A DNA stretch of 64,000 nt from an uncultured Solirubrobacterales bacterium (GCA_963697505.1 CAVOOF010000002.1:514482-578481), one strand, 5' to 3'; positions 1-8,877 are shown, counted from the first letter of the stretch. Notes: generated by a model not told the origin, from the letters alone. Numbers and translations: made by a program.

Positions 1-494
1 ATCAACTGCTCGGTGACCGCCCACGCGAACGCCTCGAACGGCTCCGGCCGGCGCCGTGGGCGCAGCCACGGTTGGCGGCGGATGATCGGGCCGAGCAGCG
101 GGTCGCGGTGGAAGGCGCGCTGGAACGGGCGCAGGTCGTGGTCGACGCCGAGCGCGAAGCGCATCCGCTCGACGGCCTCGGCGGCGACCTCGGCGTCGGC
201 GGCCTCGGCGCGGAAGCGGACCGCCCCGCCGGTCGCCCAGGCGCGCACCGTCGCCGGCTCGCCCGCGACGTGAAGCAGCCGCTCGAGCACGCCGTCGCGG
301 TTGCGCAACACGCCGTCCACCCCACCGCCCGGCATCCGGTACGGCCCGACCGGCACGACGTCGACCTCGACGACCGCGGAGCGGCGAGAGCCGACTTGCG
401 GCGGAATGTCCGCCGCAAGTCGGCTCTCATCCGGCGGCGTCGGCGCAACCGGCGCGGACGGCGGCGAAGGCGCTCGGGCAGCAGCCGACGCCAC
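1..494 (-). CDS. AlkA-like / HhH-GPD DNA glycosylase family protein, N-terminal part only (gene runs off the left edge)
   Basis: Absent from the ORF track because its stop lies outside the window. Manual translation of the third minus frame gives ..SAVVEVDVVPVGPYRMPGGGVDGVLRNRDGVLERLLHVAGEPATVRAWATGGAVRFRAEAADAEVAAEAVERMRFALGVDHDLRPFQRAFHRDPLLGPIIRRQPWLRPRRRPEPFEAFAWAVTEQL.. This matches the AlkA N-terminal domain followed by the first HhH-GPD helix, and third positions are GC-rich. Start uncertain (GTG 494 or GTG 356). Confidence 0.45.
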   Translation of the reverse strand, partial: MASAAARAPSPPSAPVAPTPPDESRLAADIPPQVGSRRSAVVEVDVVPVGPYRMPGGGVDGVLRNRDGVLERLLHVAGEPATVRAWATGGAVRFRAEAADAEVAAEAVERMRFALGVDHDLRPFQRAFHRDPLLGPIIRRQPWLRPRRRPEPFEAFAWAVTEQL

Positions 495-499
495 GACCG

Positions 500-841
500 C
501 TAGCGCTTCAGCAGATGTACGTCGACGAGGAAGGAGCGCGAGGCGGCGATGTCGACGCCCTGGCGCTTCTGGAGCCGCCGGCGACGCCGGGCGACCGAGC
601 GCGCGGCGCTCGGGCGGCGCAGCACTCTCAAGAGCATGAAGGCGGCGACGCCCAGCACCATCCCGCCCCCCGCGGCCGCCACGGTCGCCGGCAACGACAC
701 CTTGCGCGTCGCAATCGCCGTCGTCGGTTCCGACTCGGCCACAGCCGGCAGCACCCGCGCCTCGACAACCTGCTCGTCCTCGGGGACCAGCTCGCCGTCG
801 ATCGCGGTCTCGTCCGCCTGGCTGTCGCCCAACTCGGACAC
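500..841 (-). CDS. hypothetical tail-anchored membrane protein (acidic N-part, one TM, Arg-rich tail)
   Basis: These are the last 113 codons of ORF 500..1543; the upstream part of that ORF is an off-frame read-through of the GNAT gene. GTG at 841, then VSELGDSQADETAIDGELVPEDEQ.., TM VAAAGGGMVLGVAAFMLL, tail RRPSAARSVARRRRRLQKRQ. GC3-rich codons. Confidence 0.4.
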   Translation of the reverse strand: MSELGDSQADETAIDGELVPEDEQVVEARVLPAVAESEPTTAIATRKVSLPATVAAAGGGMVLGVAAFMLLRVLRRPSAARSVARRRRRLQKRQGVDIAASRSFLVDVHLLKR

Positions 842-861
842 GAACGCCGAGTGTAGCCGGC

Positions 862-1989
862 CTACAGGACGCGCTCGTAGACGCGGTACTTCTTGACGAC
901 CTTGCCGCCCATGCCCTCCATGCCGCGGTTCATCGCGTCGTTGGTCTCGAGGATCCAGCCCATCTCGCCCCACTTCTGCGGCGTGACCTCGGCCATGTCG
1001 AAGTGCTCGATGTAGAGGCCCGCGGCCACGCCGGTGTGCTGGTACTCCGGCTTGACGCCCAGGAAGCCGACGCGGACGCGGTCGATGATCTTGCGCCGGC
1101 GCAGGTAGTGCCACCAGCCGAACGGCAGCAGCCGCCCCTTCATCCGCTTCAGCACCTGGTTGATGTCCGGCACCGTGATCGCGATGCCGACGGTCTCGCC
1201 CGTGTCGACCTTCTCGGCGACCATGAACCAGTTCGGGTCGAAGACGAGCTGCAGCTCCTGGGCGTAGGTGTCGAGGTCCTGCTTGGTCCAGGGCGTGAAG
1301 CCCCAGTTGTCCTTCCATGCCTCGTTGTAGGTCTCGCCGAAGAGGTCTAGGTCGCGGCGCAGCCGGCGACGGCTCATGTGGCGGATGCGGATGCCGTGGT
1401 CGGGCTCGAGCCGCTCGGCCATCTCGACGATCCCCGGCACGATCGCGTCGCGACCCTCGATGTGCAGCTCCCACATCCAGAGGTCCATCGCCTTGCCGAG
1501 TCCGTTGGCCTCGCAGAGCCGCTGGTAGTACGGCGGGTGCCACGGCTGCTTGACGAACGGCTCGCGGTCGAAGCCCTCGACGAGCACGCCGACCTCGTCG
1601 TTCATCGTGAAGTCCATCGGGCCGACCATCCGGTCGCGGCCGCGAGCGCGCAGCCAGGCGGCGGCCGCGTCGAGCAGCGCCGCGAGCGCATCGCCGTCGT
1701 CCTCGACCTCGAGGAAGCCGAACATCCCCCAGCGATTGCCCTGGTAGGCGTTGAACTCGTGGTCGACCTGGGCGCTGACGCGGCCGACCACCCGCCCGTC
1801 CCGGCGCGCGAGGAACAGCTCCGCCTCGGCGTGCTTGAACCAGGCGTTGAAGCGCGGGCTCAGGAACAGCTTGCGTTCCAGCCGCAGCGGAGGGATCCAG
1901 CGCTCGGCGTTAGCATGCAGCCGATACGGCAGTTCCATGAACTCCCGCCGGTCGCGCCGAGTGCGCACGGGAGTCACCTCCAAGGCCAC
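862..1989 (-). CDS. GNAT-fold N-acyltransferase, uncharacterised ~375-aa subfamily
   Basis: Intact ORF 862..1989 (GTG start). Acyl-CoA binding motif-A-like segment FLGVKPEYQHTGVAAGLY. No frame breaks. Confidence 0.75.
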   Translation of the reverse strand: MALEVTPVRTRRDRREFMELPYRLHANAERWIPPLRLERKLFLSPRFNAWFKHAEAELFLARRDGRVVGRVSAQVDHEFNAYQGNRWGMFGFLEVEDDGDALAALLDAAAAWLRARGRDRMVGPMDFTMNDEVGVLVEGFDREPFVKQPWHPPYYQRLCEANGLGKAMDLWMWELHIEGRDAIVPGIVEMAERLEPDHGIRIRHMSRRRLRRDLDLFGETYNEAWKDNWGFTPWTKQDLDTYAQELQLVFDPNWFMVAEKVDTGETVGIAITVPDINQVLKRMKGRLLPFGWWHYLRRRKIIDRVRVGFLGVKPEYQHTGVAAGLYIEHFDMAEVTPQKWGEMGWILETNDAMNRGMEGMGGKVVKKYRVYERVL

Positions 1990-2007
1990 GGCGCGGGACC
2001 CTAGTCA

Positions 2008-3282
2008 ATGGCGATCGAAACCGACCTCTTCGCGAAGGCGCGCAACCACGATCGGCTGGAGCAGCTGACCGCGGCGCGCGAGCACGACCTGCTGCCGTAC
2101 TTCCGCGTCGTCGAGGCCGAGCCCGGCCCGATCGCGCTGATGGAGGGCCGCGAGCGGATCACGCTCGGCTCGAACAACTACCTCGGCCTGACCGGCGACG
2201 AGCGCGTCAAGCAGGCCGCCCACGACGCGCTCGACCGCTACGGGACCGGACTGACGGGCTCGCGCTTCATGAACGGCACGACGCCGCTGCACCTCGAGCT
2301 GGAGCGCGAGCTGGCCGACTGGATGGGCACCGAGGACGCACTCGTCTTCACCGCCGGCTACCTCGCCAACGTCGGCGCCATCGCGACGCTGCTCGGCCCC
2401 GAGGACACCGTGATCTGCGACTCCGGCGACCACGCCTCGATCCTCGACGCCGTCTCGATGTCGCGCGCCCGCGTCCGGCCGTTCCGCCACAACCGGCTCG
2501 ACAAGCTGGAGCGGATGCTCGACCGCGCCGGCTCCGACGGCGGCGGCGTGCTGGTCGTCGTCGACGGCGTCTTCTCGATGGAGGGCGACCTCGCCCCGCT
2601 GCCCGAGATCGTCGCGCTCTGCCGCAAGTACGGCGCCCGCCTGATGGTCGACGAGGCGCACGGCGTCGGCGTGCTCGGGGCGACCGGCACCGGCGCCTGC
2701 GAGCAGCTCGGCGTCGCCGCCGACGTCGACCTGCGGATGGGCACGTTCTCGAAGTCGCTCGCCTCGTGCGGCGGCTTCATCGCCGGCCCGTCCGAGGTGA
2801 TCGACTTCCTGCGCGTACAGTCGCGCGCCTTCATGTTCACGGCGTCCGCGGTCCCCGCCGCGGTCGGCGCCGCCCTCGGGGCGCTGCGGATCATCCGCTC
2901 CGACGAGGGGCGCGACCTGATGGCCCAGCTGCTCGACAACGCGCGCTACCTGCACCGCGGCCTGTCCGAGCTGGGCTTCGACGTCGTCGAGCCGGCGACG
3001 CTGCCCGACGGCTCCGAGCTGGTCACGCCGATCGTCCCGGTGACGATCGGCGACGACTGGAAGGCGGTGCTGTTCTGGAAGGCGCTCTACGACGCCGGGG
3101 TCTACGCGAACGTCGCGCTCTACCCCGCCGTGCCACGCGGCGGCGCGCTGCTGCGGACGAGCGTCATGGCGACCCACGAGCGCGACCAGCTCGACCGCGC
3201 GCTCGAGATCTTCCAAAGCGCATATGCCATGCTGCCCGAGGACCCGGACGCGGCGGCCGAAATCCAAAAAGCCCGCTCTTAG
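2008..3282 (+). CDS. PLP-dependent alpha-oxoamine synthase family enzyme (BioF/Kbl/Spt family; Spt-like features)
   Basis: Intact ORF with family motifs SNNYLGL, GSRFMNGT, DGVFSMEGD, DEAHGVG, the PLP-lysine motif GTFSKSLAS, and the C-terminal YPAVPRGGALLRTSVMATH. Confidence 0.9.
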   Translation: MAIETDLFAKARNHDRLEQLTAAREHDLLPYFRVVEAEPGPIALMEGRERITLGSNNYLGLTGDERVKQAAHDALDRYGTGLTGSRFMNGTTPLHLELERELADWMGTEDALVFTAGYLANVGAIATLLGPEDTVICDSGDHASILDAVSMSRARVRPFRHNRLDKLERMLDRAGSDGGGVLVVVDGVFSMEGDLAPLPEIVALCRKYGARLMVDEAHGVGVLGATGTGACEQLGVAADVDLRMGTFSKSLASCGGFIAGPSEVIDFLRVQSRAFMFTASAVPAAVGAALGALRIIRSDEGRDLMAQLLDNARYLHRGLSELGFDVVEPATLPDGSELVTPIVPVTIGDDWKAVLFWKALYDAGVYANVALYPAVPRGGALLRTSVMATHERDQLDRALEIFQSAYAMLPEDPDAAAEIQKARS

Positions 3283-3305
3283 CGTACGGCCCGGACGAAC
3301 CGCTG

Positions 3306-3334
3306 TTGACGGTCGCCGGCCGCTTCGATTTATT
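3306..3334 (+). promoter_or_regulatory. candidate sigma-70-type promoter for mihF (TTGACG, 17 nt, TTTATT)
   Basis: TTGACG at 3306-3311 and the AT-rich hexamer TTTATT at 3329-3334 lie in an otherwise >70% GC region, about 125 nt upstream of the mihF ATG. Motif match only. Confidence 0.25.
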
Positions 3335-3458
3335 GCTGACTCGGCTTCGATCCCTCCAAGGAGGCCAGCGGCGCGGACGCTGGTGGTGTGAGAGCCCGGA
3401 GCCACGCAAGGGGTAACTGCATCCGCCATCGAGTACGCACGTAGTGCGGGGAGGACGT

Positions 3459-3812
3459 ATGGGCAATATCGCTACGTTCAGTGCCGGCCAGGCTCAGCAC
3501 CTGCAGGCACTGGAGCACGCCAACCGGGTACGGCTCGCCCGGGCCGAGATGAAGCGCCGAATCGCGGCCGGGGACCTGCCGGCGGCCGAGGTCATCCTCA
3601 GCTGCCCCTGGGAGGCGGAGAGCATGTCGATCAGCGACGTGCTGATGAGTCAGAAGCGCTGGGGCCGGGCCCGCTGCCGCCGGCTGCTGACCTCGATCGC
3701 GATTCCCGAGAACAAGCGCATCGGGACGCTGACCCAGCGTCAGCGCGCGATCGTCGCGGCGACGCTGGCGGGCGACCGCTCGTCATCCGAGCCAACGCTC
3801 GCGATCGTCTAA
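3459..3812 (+). CDS. mihF: actinobacterial integration host factor (mIHF-like nucleoid protein)
   Basis: ATG 3459 lies 4 nt after GGAGG (3450-3454). The sequence ..RVRLARAEMKRRIAAGDLPAAEVIL..SISDVLMSQKRWGRARCRRLLTSIAIPENKRIGTLTQRQRAIVAATLAG follows the mIHF pattern (helix, then the ..RR.LG.LT.RQR... C-terminal HhH). Confidence 0.7.
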   Translation: MGNIATFSAGQAQHLQALEHANRVRLARAEMKRRIAAGDLPAAEVILSCPWEAESMSISDVLMSQKRWGRARCRRLLTSIAIPENKRIGTLTQRQRAIVAATLAGDRSSSEPTLAIV

Positions 3813-3818
3813 CGCCAC

Positions 3819-3854
3819 GGCGGGGTCGCGTTCCTAGCGGAACGCGACCCCGCC
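3819..3854. terminator. 16-bp perfect GC-rich hairpin between convergent genes (bidirectional terminator candidate)
   Basis: GGCGGGGTCGCGTTCC (3819-3834), loop TAGC, GGAACGCGACCCCGCC (3839-3854). The right arm encodes the last codons of the minus-strand CDS 3834..4394 and its stop sits in the loop. No U-tract. Confidence 0.5.
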
Positions 3855-4394
3855 GGACTGGCGCTTGAAGAGCTCGCGCAGGCCGTAGAAGGCGCCGCCG
3901 AAGACGAGCGCCCCGGCGATCAGCAGCGGTCCGAGCGTGGCGAGGCCGACGCCGAGGCCGAGCGCCAGCATCGTCGCGATCGCGATCGCGCCGGAGAGCA
4001 GCGTGGTGTGCGAGCGAAAGCCGGTGACGTGCTCGCGAATCGCCAGCTCGAGGCCGGCGATCGACGCGACGACGAGCCCGGCGGCGAGCTTCGCGTTCGC
4101 CTCTCGCCCGCCGTCCTCGAGAAAGCCCCAGACCATCAGCACGATGCCCGCGAGGACGAGCAGCTCGGTCAGCGGGAACGGCGCCCAGAGTGGCGGCGGC
4201 CGCTCGGCGAGCGTGGGACGGTGACGCGGGTCGCGGCGACGGGCGGCGGCCGGCTCGGGCAGGCCCTTGCGCATCCGCTCGGCCCGCTCCCGGCGCGCCG
4301 CGTCGCGCTCCGCGCGCGTGCTGCCGGCGGTGCCGGGCTCGGCGACCGCGCCCTCGCCGCCGCCGGCCGTCCGCTTGCGGCTGCGCTTGCCCAC
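3834..4394 (-). CDS. hypothetical integral membrane protein (basic N-terminus, 3-4 TM)
   Basis: Intact ORF; Arg/Lys-rich cytoplasmic N-part followed by hydrophobic helices (LLVLAGIVLMVWGF, LAAGLVVASIAGL, AIAIATMLALGLGVGLATLGPLLIAGALVFGGAF). Confidence 0.65.
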   Translation of the reverse strand: MGKRSRKRTAGGGEGAVAEPGTAGSTRAERDAARRERAERMRKGLPEPAAARRRDPRHRPTLAERPPPLWAPFPLTELLVLAGIVLMVWGFLEDGGREANAKLAAGLVVASIAGLELAIREHVTGFRSHTTLLSGAIAIATMLALGLGVGLATLGPLLIAGALVFGGAFYGLRELFKRQSGGVAFR

Positions 4395-4409
4395 CCTATG
4401 GCCTCGCCT

Positions 4410-4919
4410 TCAGGTGAATAAGGGACAGCCGGAGGAGATCTTTACGCGCCACCAGTTGGCGAACATACCGATCAGGCCCCAGCGCGGCGTCACATGCCAG
4501 TGGTGGCAGCCGGGCTCGCCGATGTCGGCGTTGCTTACACGGACCCAGTGGTGGCGCTCGGGGTGGCGGAGCATGTCGGAGATCAGCTCCCGCTTGGCGT
4601 CCTCGGCCGCGTGACGCTCGCCGAGGTCGCGACGGACGTCCTCGACGCGGGCGGCGAGCGCGTCGCGGACCTGCTCGAGCTCGCCGAGGTCGAGCAGCCG
4701 CGGCCGTCCGCTCGGGCAGTCGACGCCGAAGTCGATGCCCTGGCGCGGCCAGGAGGCGGCGAACAGCTTCGCGAGATCGCGCTCGAGGCGCGCGATCTGC
4801 CCCTGAAGCGTGCGGCGGGCGGCACGCTCGTCGCGCGTCGTCGTCGCCTCGAATGGCCCTGCCGCGGTCGAACGCTCGCGTACGTCGATCACTGAGTCCT
4901 CCCCGAATCGGACTGTCAA
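4410..4919 (-). CDS. hypothetical protein (coiled-coil centre, Cys/His-rich C-terminus GCHHWH..SSGCP)
   Basis: Intact ORF whose start overlaps the upstream gene stop by 4 nt. I do not recognise a family. Confidence 0.6.
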   Translation of the reverse strand: MTVRFGEDSVIDVRERSTAAGPFEATTTRDERAARRTLQGQIARLERDLAKLFAASWPRQGIDFGVDCPSGRPRLLDLGELEQVRDALAARVEDVRRDLGERHAAEDAKRELISDMLRHPERHHWVRVSNADIGEPGCHHWHVTPRWGLIGMFANWWRVKISSGCPLFT

Positions 4920-5578
4920 TCCACCGTACCAGCAGTTCCCGCGCTCTCCAACAGCTCCACGGCGATCCAGAGCGCCTCGTCGATCTCGACCTGTGAGACC
5001 GCGGGCGCCGCGAGCGCGCAGACGAGCATCGCGGTGGTGGCCTCACCGACGGAGCGGGCGGTCGCGACCTCGCCGTCGAGGCGGGCGAGCGGCTCGCGCT
5101 CGTCGGCATAGACGACCTCGCCCGCGCGCAGCGTCCCCTCCACCCCGCCGAGCGACTCGCCGGCGCGCGACGGCCGCAGCCCCGGCTCGCCCGCGACCTT
5201 CGCCGCGTCGACGACGACGACCGGCACGCCGGTCTCGAGCGTCGCGACGACTATCGCGTCGTTCGGCATGCCGTGGCTCGGCAGCCCGCCGTGCTCGAGC
5301 CGTTGGACCATCAGCGACTCGACGGGCGTGCGGTCGCTGTCGGGGTCGACCCCGAGCCGGCGCCAGAGCACGCGGTAGGACCACGGCACGGTGTCCTGGC
5401 GTGACTGCACGACGCTGGCGCCGGTGATCCGCCCGGCCATCGCGCGCATCTGGTCGCGGACCGGGTCGGGGGTCTTCGCGGGGCGGGCGGCGGCCGTCAG
5501 CCAGTAGACGCCGAGACCGGGCAGCTCGTCCGCCAGCTCGGGGGCGATCCACCCCTGCCGGACGGTCCGAGCGGCCAC
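4916..5578 (-). CDS. hypothetical protein, possibly a stand-alone B3/B4 (PheT-like tRNA-binding) domain protein
   Basis: Intact 220-aa ORF (GTG 5578). Length and sequence character resemble stand-alone B3_4 domain proteins. This family call is from memory and weak. Confidence 0.55.
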   Translation of the reverse strand: MAARTVRQGWIAPELADELPGLGVYWLTAAARPAKTPDPVRDQMRAMAGRITGASVVQSRQDTVPWSYRVLWRRLGVDPDSDRTPVESLMVQRLEHGGLPSHGMPNDAIVVATLETGVPVVVVDAAKVAGEPGLRPSRAGESLGGVEGTLRAGEVVYADEREPLARLDGEVATARSVGEATTAMLVCALAAPAVSQVEIDEALWIAVELLESAGTAGTVD

Positions 5579-5582
5579 GGCG

Positions 5583-6332
5583 TCAGCGCTCCGACCGCCG
5601 GGCCAGCTTGCCGACGTAGGTGCGCAGCTCGTCCTCGGTCAGGTTGCCGAGCTCGACGCGGCGGACGATGCCGCCGGGCGTCGAGAAGACGGTCGTCGGG
5701 CAGACGCCGATGCCGTAGAGGTTGACGACCGCGCCGTCGAGATCGACGCCGACCGGCAGCGTCCAGCCACGGCGCTCGACGATCCGCTCGACCTCCTCGC
5801 GCTCGTCGCCGCTGACGATGGCGGCGAACTCGACCTGGGGGAACTCGTCGCGCATCCGCTCGATCCGGTCGACCTGCGGCTCGCAGTCGGCGCCGCGCGT
5901 GACGAGGAAGGTCAGCACGAGCGGCTTGCGGCGCAGCTCGCAGACGTTGACGACCTCCTCGCTGACCAGCTCGCAGGCGGGAACCTTGCCGGCGGCGTCG
6001 CTGCCGCCGGTCCGCTGACGGACGTTCGCGACGTCGCTGTTCGACGCGTTGCCGGTCGCCGACGGCGCGGCGAAGTCCGGCGGCTTCTTGCCGATCGCCG
6101 GGCCGCGCAACCCCTCGCCGCTGTTCGGCAGCGAGGTCGTCACCGCGAACACCGCGACGGCCATGAACATCAGGATGCCGACGACCCAGGCGTAGCGGTT
6201 GCCGGGACGCGGAACCTCGGGCCGGCGCCGCGGGTCGTCGGGCTCGGGGTCGATCCGGTCGAGCTCCTCGAAGCGCTCCGCGGCGCTGCGGCTGTCCGGC
6301 GTCCGGAGGTCGTCGAAGCGGTCGTCAGGCAT
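5583..6332 (-). CDS. membrane-anchored thioredoxin-fold (TlpA/redoxin-like) protein lacking a CxxC motif
   Basis: Intact ORF with an N-terminal TM (YAWVVGILMFMAVAVFAVTT). The redoxin-like core is KPLVLTFLVTRGADCEPQ...LYGIGVCPTTVF. The position normally holding WCxxC reads ADCEPQ. Confidence 0.65.
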   Translation of the reverse strand: MPDDRFDDLRTPDSRSAAERFEELDRIDPEPDDPRRRPEVPRPGNRYAWVVGILMFMAVAVFAVTTSLPNSGEGLRGPAIGKKPPDFAAPSATGNASNSDVANVRQRTGGSDAAGKVPACELVSEEVVNVCELRRKPLVLTFLVTRGADCEPQVDRIERMRDEFPQVEFAAIVSGDEREEVERIVERRGWTLPVGVDLDGAVVNLYGIGVCPTTVFSTPGGIVRRVELGNLTEDELRTYVGKLARRSER

Positions 6333-8877
6333 TGCGTTCCCGAGCCCAGATCAGCGCGGCCGGCAGGACGATCATCACTCCGATCAGCGAGACGGTGAGA
6401 TCCACGACCGTCAGGATCCCGAAATCGCGCAGCATGCGGATGTCCGACGCGATCAGCACCGCGAAGCCGGCGATCGCCGTAACGCCCGAGGCCATCACGG
6501 CGGCGCCCGTCGATGCGTAGGTCCGCTCGATCGCCCGCGCCGGCGAGGCGCCGACCGCGCGCTCCTGGTCGTAGCGCGCCGACAACAGCACGCTGAACTC
6601 GGTCGAGATCGCGATCACCAGCGCACCGAGCGTCACCGACATCGGGTTCAGCTCGACCTCGAACGGCCCCGGCAGCAGACCGAGCAGGAACATCACCCCG
6701 CCCGACCAGCCGGTCGCCAGCGCGATCGGGATCAGCGGCACCGCCGCCGCGCGCAGGCTGCGGCGCACGGCGAGCAGGACACCGAAGACGGCGAGCAACG
6801 CGGCGAGCAGCGTCAGCGCGCGGCGCAGTGGCGACGACAGCTGCTCGTTCGCGTCGGCTGCCAGCACCGGCAGGCCGACGACCGCGGCCTCGACGCCCGG
6901 CGGCGGGTCGAGCTGCTTCTCGATCCGCTCGACGACCTCCTGCTGGCGGTCGAGCGACATCAGCCGGATGCCGAAGGCGAGGTTGGCGGTCTTGCGGTCG
7001 GGCGTGATCACGCCCTGCATCAGGTACGGCGGGATCGCGCCGAGCAGCGCCTTTGCCTGCTTCGGGTTGCCGACGGCTACGGTCGAGAGGATGTCCGACA
7101 GCGACAGCGCCGGGCAGAGGTCGGGCGCGTCCTCGGCCTGGGTGCAGCGGTCGCCGGTACGGTAGCCCGCGTCCTCGAGCACGCGCTGCTGGAAGTCGGC
7201 CATCCAGGCGAGCACCTCGGGGTCGGTGACGTCCTTCGCTCGCACGGTCACGTCGATCTCTCCCGAGACGCCGGTCTCCTCCTGGAGCTGGTTGACGTCG
7301 CTCAGCGCCTGGAGGTCGCCGGGGACCAGCTCGCGGACGTCGGAGACGACGGTCGACTGGGTGTCGGCCGCCCAGCCGACGACCGCCAGCGCGAGGGCGA
7401 TCGCCAGCACGCGCCGCGGCCGCGCGACCGAGGTCGCGAGCGCGCGCTCGCCATGCTCGACCGTCCACAGCCGTAGCCGGCGCCAGCCGCGCGCGACAAC
7501 CTGGCCAGGGCGCGAGTCCGCGACCCGCTCGCCGGCGTCGGCCAGCGTGGCGCGGGCGCGCGGCAGCAGCGGCGGCACCCCCTCCGGGCGCGCGCGCGGA
7601 ACGCCGAAGCGCACCAGCGCGGCGAAGCCCGCCAGCAGCGCGCAGGCGAGCGCGACGACGATCCCGACGACCAGCAGCGCGCCGAAGCCGCGCACCATCG
7701 GCACCGGCGACGTCAGCAGCACGAGGAAGCCGACGGCGGTCGCGATCCCGGCCGTGACGATCGTCGGACCGCCGGCGGCGGCCGCCGCGGGAGCCGCCTC
7801 CGCGGGCTCGGCCCCGGTCGTCCGGCGCTGCTCGTCGTAGCGCGCCTGGAACTGGATCGCATAGTCGACCGCGAGGCCGATCAACACCGGCAGCACGGCT
7901 ATCGAGGCCATCGTCAGCCGCCCACCGACGAGCGCCAGCGCGCCGAAGGTGATCGCCGAGGCGGCGAGCGCGAGCGCCAGCGGCAGCAGTCGCAGGCGGG
8001 TGCGGAAGACGACCGCGAGCGTCCCGGCCATGACGAGGATCGCCGCCGCCAGCAGCCAGGGGATAGCGTCGGAGACCGCGTCGCCGAGACCGTCGACGAC
8101 GACCGGGACGCCGGTCACGACGTACTTGGCGCCGTTGTCGAGTCGCAGCTGCGGCTCGTCGACCGCCTCGCGGACGAGGTCGATCGCGCGGCTGCGCTCG
8201 GCGTCGGTCAGGTCGGGCCGCAGCCGCATCTGGATCAGCGCGGCGTCGCGACTCGGGAAGAGGTAGGAGAACTGCGGCTTCGGCGTGCGGCCGTCGTCGC
8301 CGAAGGCGAGCGCGGCGACGAAGCCGGGGCTGTCGACCGACGGGATGTCGGTGATGCCATAGCGCAAGCCGAGCGCGATCAGCTGGCGCTGCAGCTTCTG
8401 AACCGCCTTCGGCCCGCCCTTCTGGGCCGCTGCGATCCGCCGCGTGAACTCGCCGCCGATCGTCTCGACGACGGTGTTGACGAACGTTCCGGGCCCGAGC
8501 ACCACCTTCGCCGGCTTGAGCTTCGCGAGTTCGCGGCACGGCTCGGGCAGGCTGCGCAGGCCGTCCGGCGGCACGTTGCCCGACAGGCAGCCCTCGAGCT
8601 GGATCAGCTTCTGCAGGTCGCTGGTCAGCAGGGTCCGCTGGAGGTCGCCCTTGACCAGCACGACGACCGCGTCGTCGCCGAAGTCGCGCTTGAAGCGCTC
8701 GGTCTGCTCGAAGGTCTCCGACCCCTTCGAGACGAGCGAGTCGGTGCCGCTGCTCGGTTCCAGGCGCAGCGCGAACAGCGCGCCGGCGACCGCGACGATC
8801 GCGACGGCGATCAGCGGAACCAGGGGCCGCCGGGCGACGGCGCGCACGATCCGCTCGAAGACCTCACCCGTCGGCAC
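6325..8877 (-). CDS. MMPL/RND-superfamily membrane transporter
   Basis: Intact 850-aa ORF (GTG 8877) with two 5-6-TM bundles and two large loops. The N-terminus MPTGEVFERIVRAVARRPLVPLIAVAIVAVAGALFALRL is typical of MMPL/HpnN-like exporters. Confidence 0.85.
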   Translation of the reverse strand: MPTGEVFERIVRAVARRPLVPLIAVAIVAVAGALFALRLEPSSGTDSLVSKGSETFEQTERFKRDFGDDAVVVLVKGDLQRTLLTSDLQKLIQLEGCLSGNVPPDGLRSLPEPCRELAKLKPAKVVLGPGTFVNTVVETIGGEFTRRIAAAQKGGPKAVQKLQRQLIALGLRYGITDIPSVDSPGFVAALAFGDDGRTPKPQFSYLFPSRDAALIQMRLRPDLTDAERSRAIDLVREAVDEPQLRLDNGAKYVVTGVPVVVDGLGDAVSDAIPWLLAAAILVMAGTLAVVFRTRLRLLPLALALAASAITFGALALVGGRLTMASIAVLPVLIGLAVDYAIQFQARYDEQRRTTGAEPAEAAPAAAAAGGPTIVTAGIATAVGFLVLLTSPVPMVRGFGALLVVGIVVALACALLAGFAALVRFGVPRARPEGVPPLLPRARATLADAGERVADSRPGQVVARGWRRLRLWTVEHGERALATSVARPRRVLAIALALAVVGWAADTQSTVVSDVRELVPGDLQALSDVNQLQEETGVSGEIDVTVRAKDVTDPEVLAWMADFQQRVLEDAGYRTGDRCTQAEDAPDLCPALSLSDILSTVAVGNPKQAKALLGAIPPYLMQGVITPDRKTANLAFGIRLMSLDRQQEVVERIEKQLDPPPGVEAAVVGLPVLAADANEQLSSPLRRALTLLAALLAVFGVLLAVRRSLRAAAVPLIPIALATGWSGGVMFLLGLLPGPFEVELNPMSVTLGALVIAISTEFSVLLSARYDQERAVGASPARAIERTYASTGAAVMASGVTAIAGFAVLIASDIRMLRDFGILTVVDLTVSLIGVMIVLPAALIWARERNA

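Noticed and set aside
3283-3458. Possible ncRNA or small ORF in the 176-nt region upstream of mihF.
   Set aside because: It contains only short (5-6 bp) local stems and a CTTCGAT direct repeat. The 36-codon TTG ORF there is the tail of a shadow ORF. It is treated as promoter plus 5' UTR of mihF.
6170-8539. Very long alternative-frame ORFs: 6170..8539 (789 aa), 44178..47381 (1067 aa), 28459..30561 (700 aa), 54665..56827 (720 aa), 30041..31921 (626 aa) and many 100-500-aa ones.
   Set aside because: They overlap well-supported genes on the same or opposite strand. They are dominated by Arg/Ala/Gly/Pro (or Asp/Glu/Val/Leu on antisense) and have no recognisable motifs. Stop codons are rare in >70% GC DNA, so such shadow ORFs are expected.
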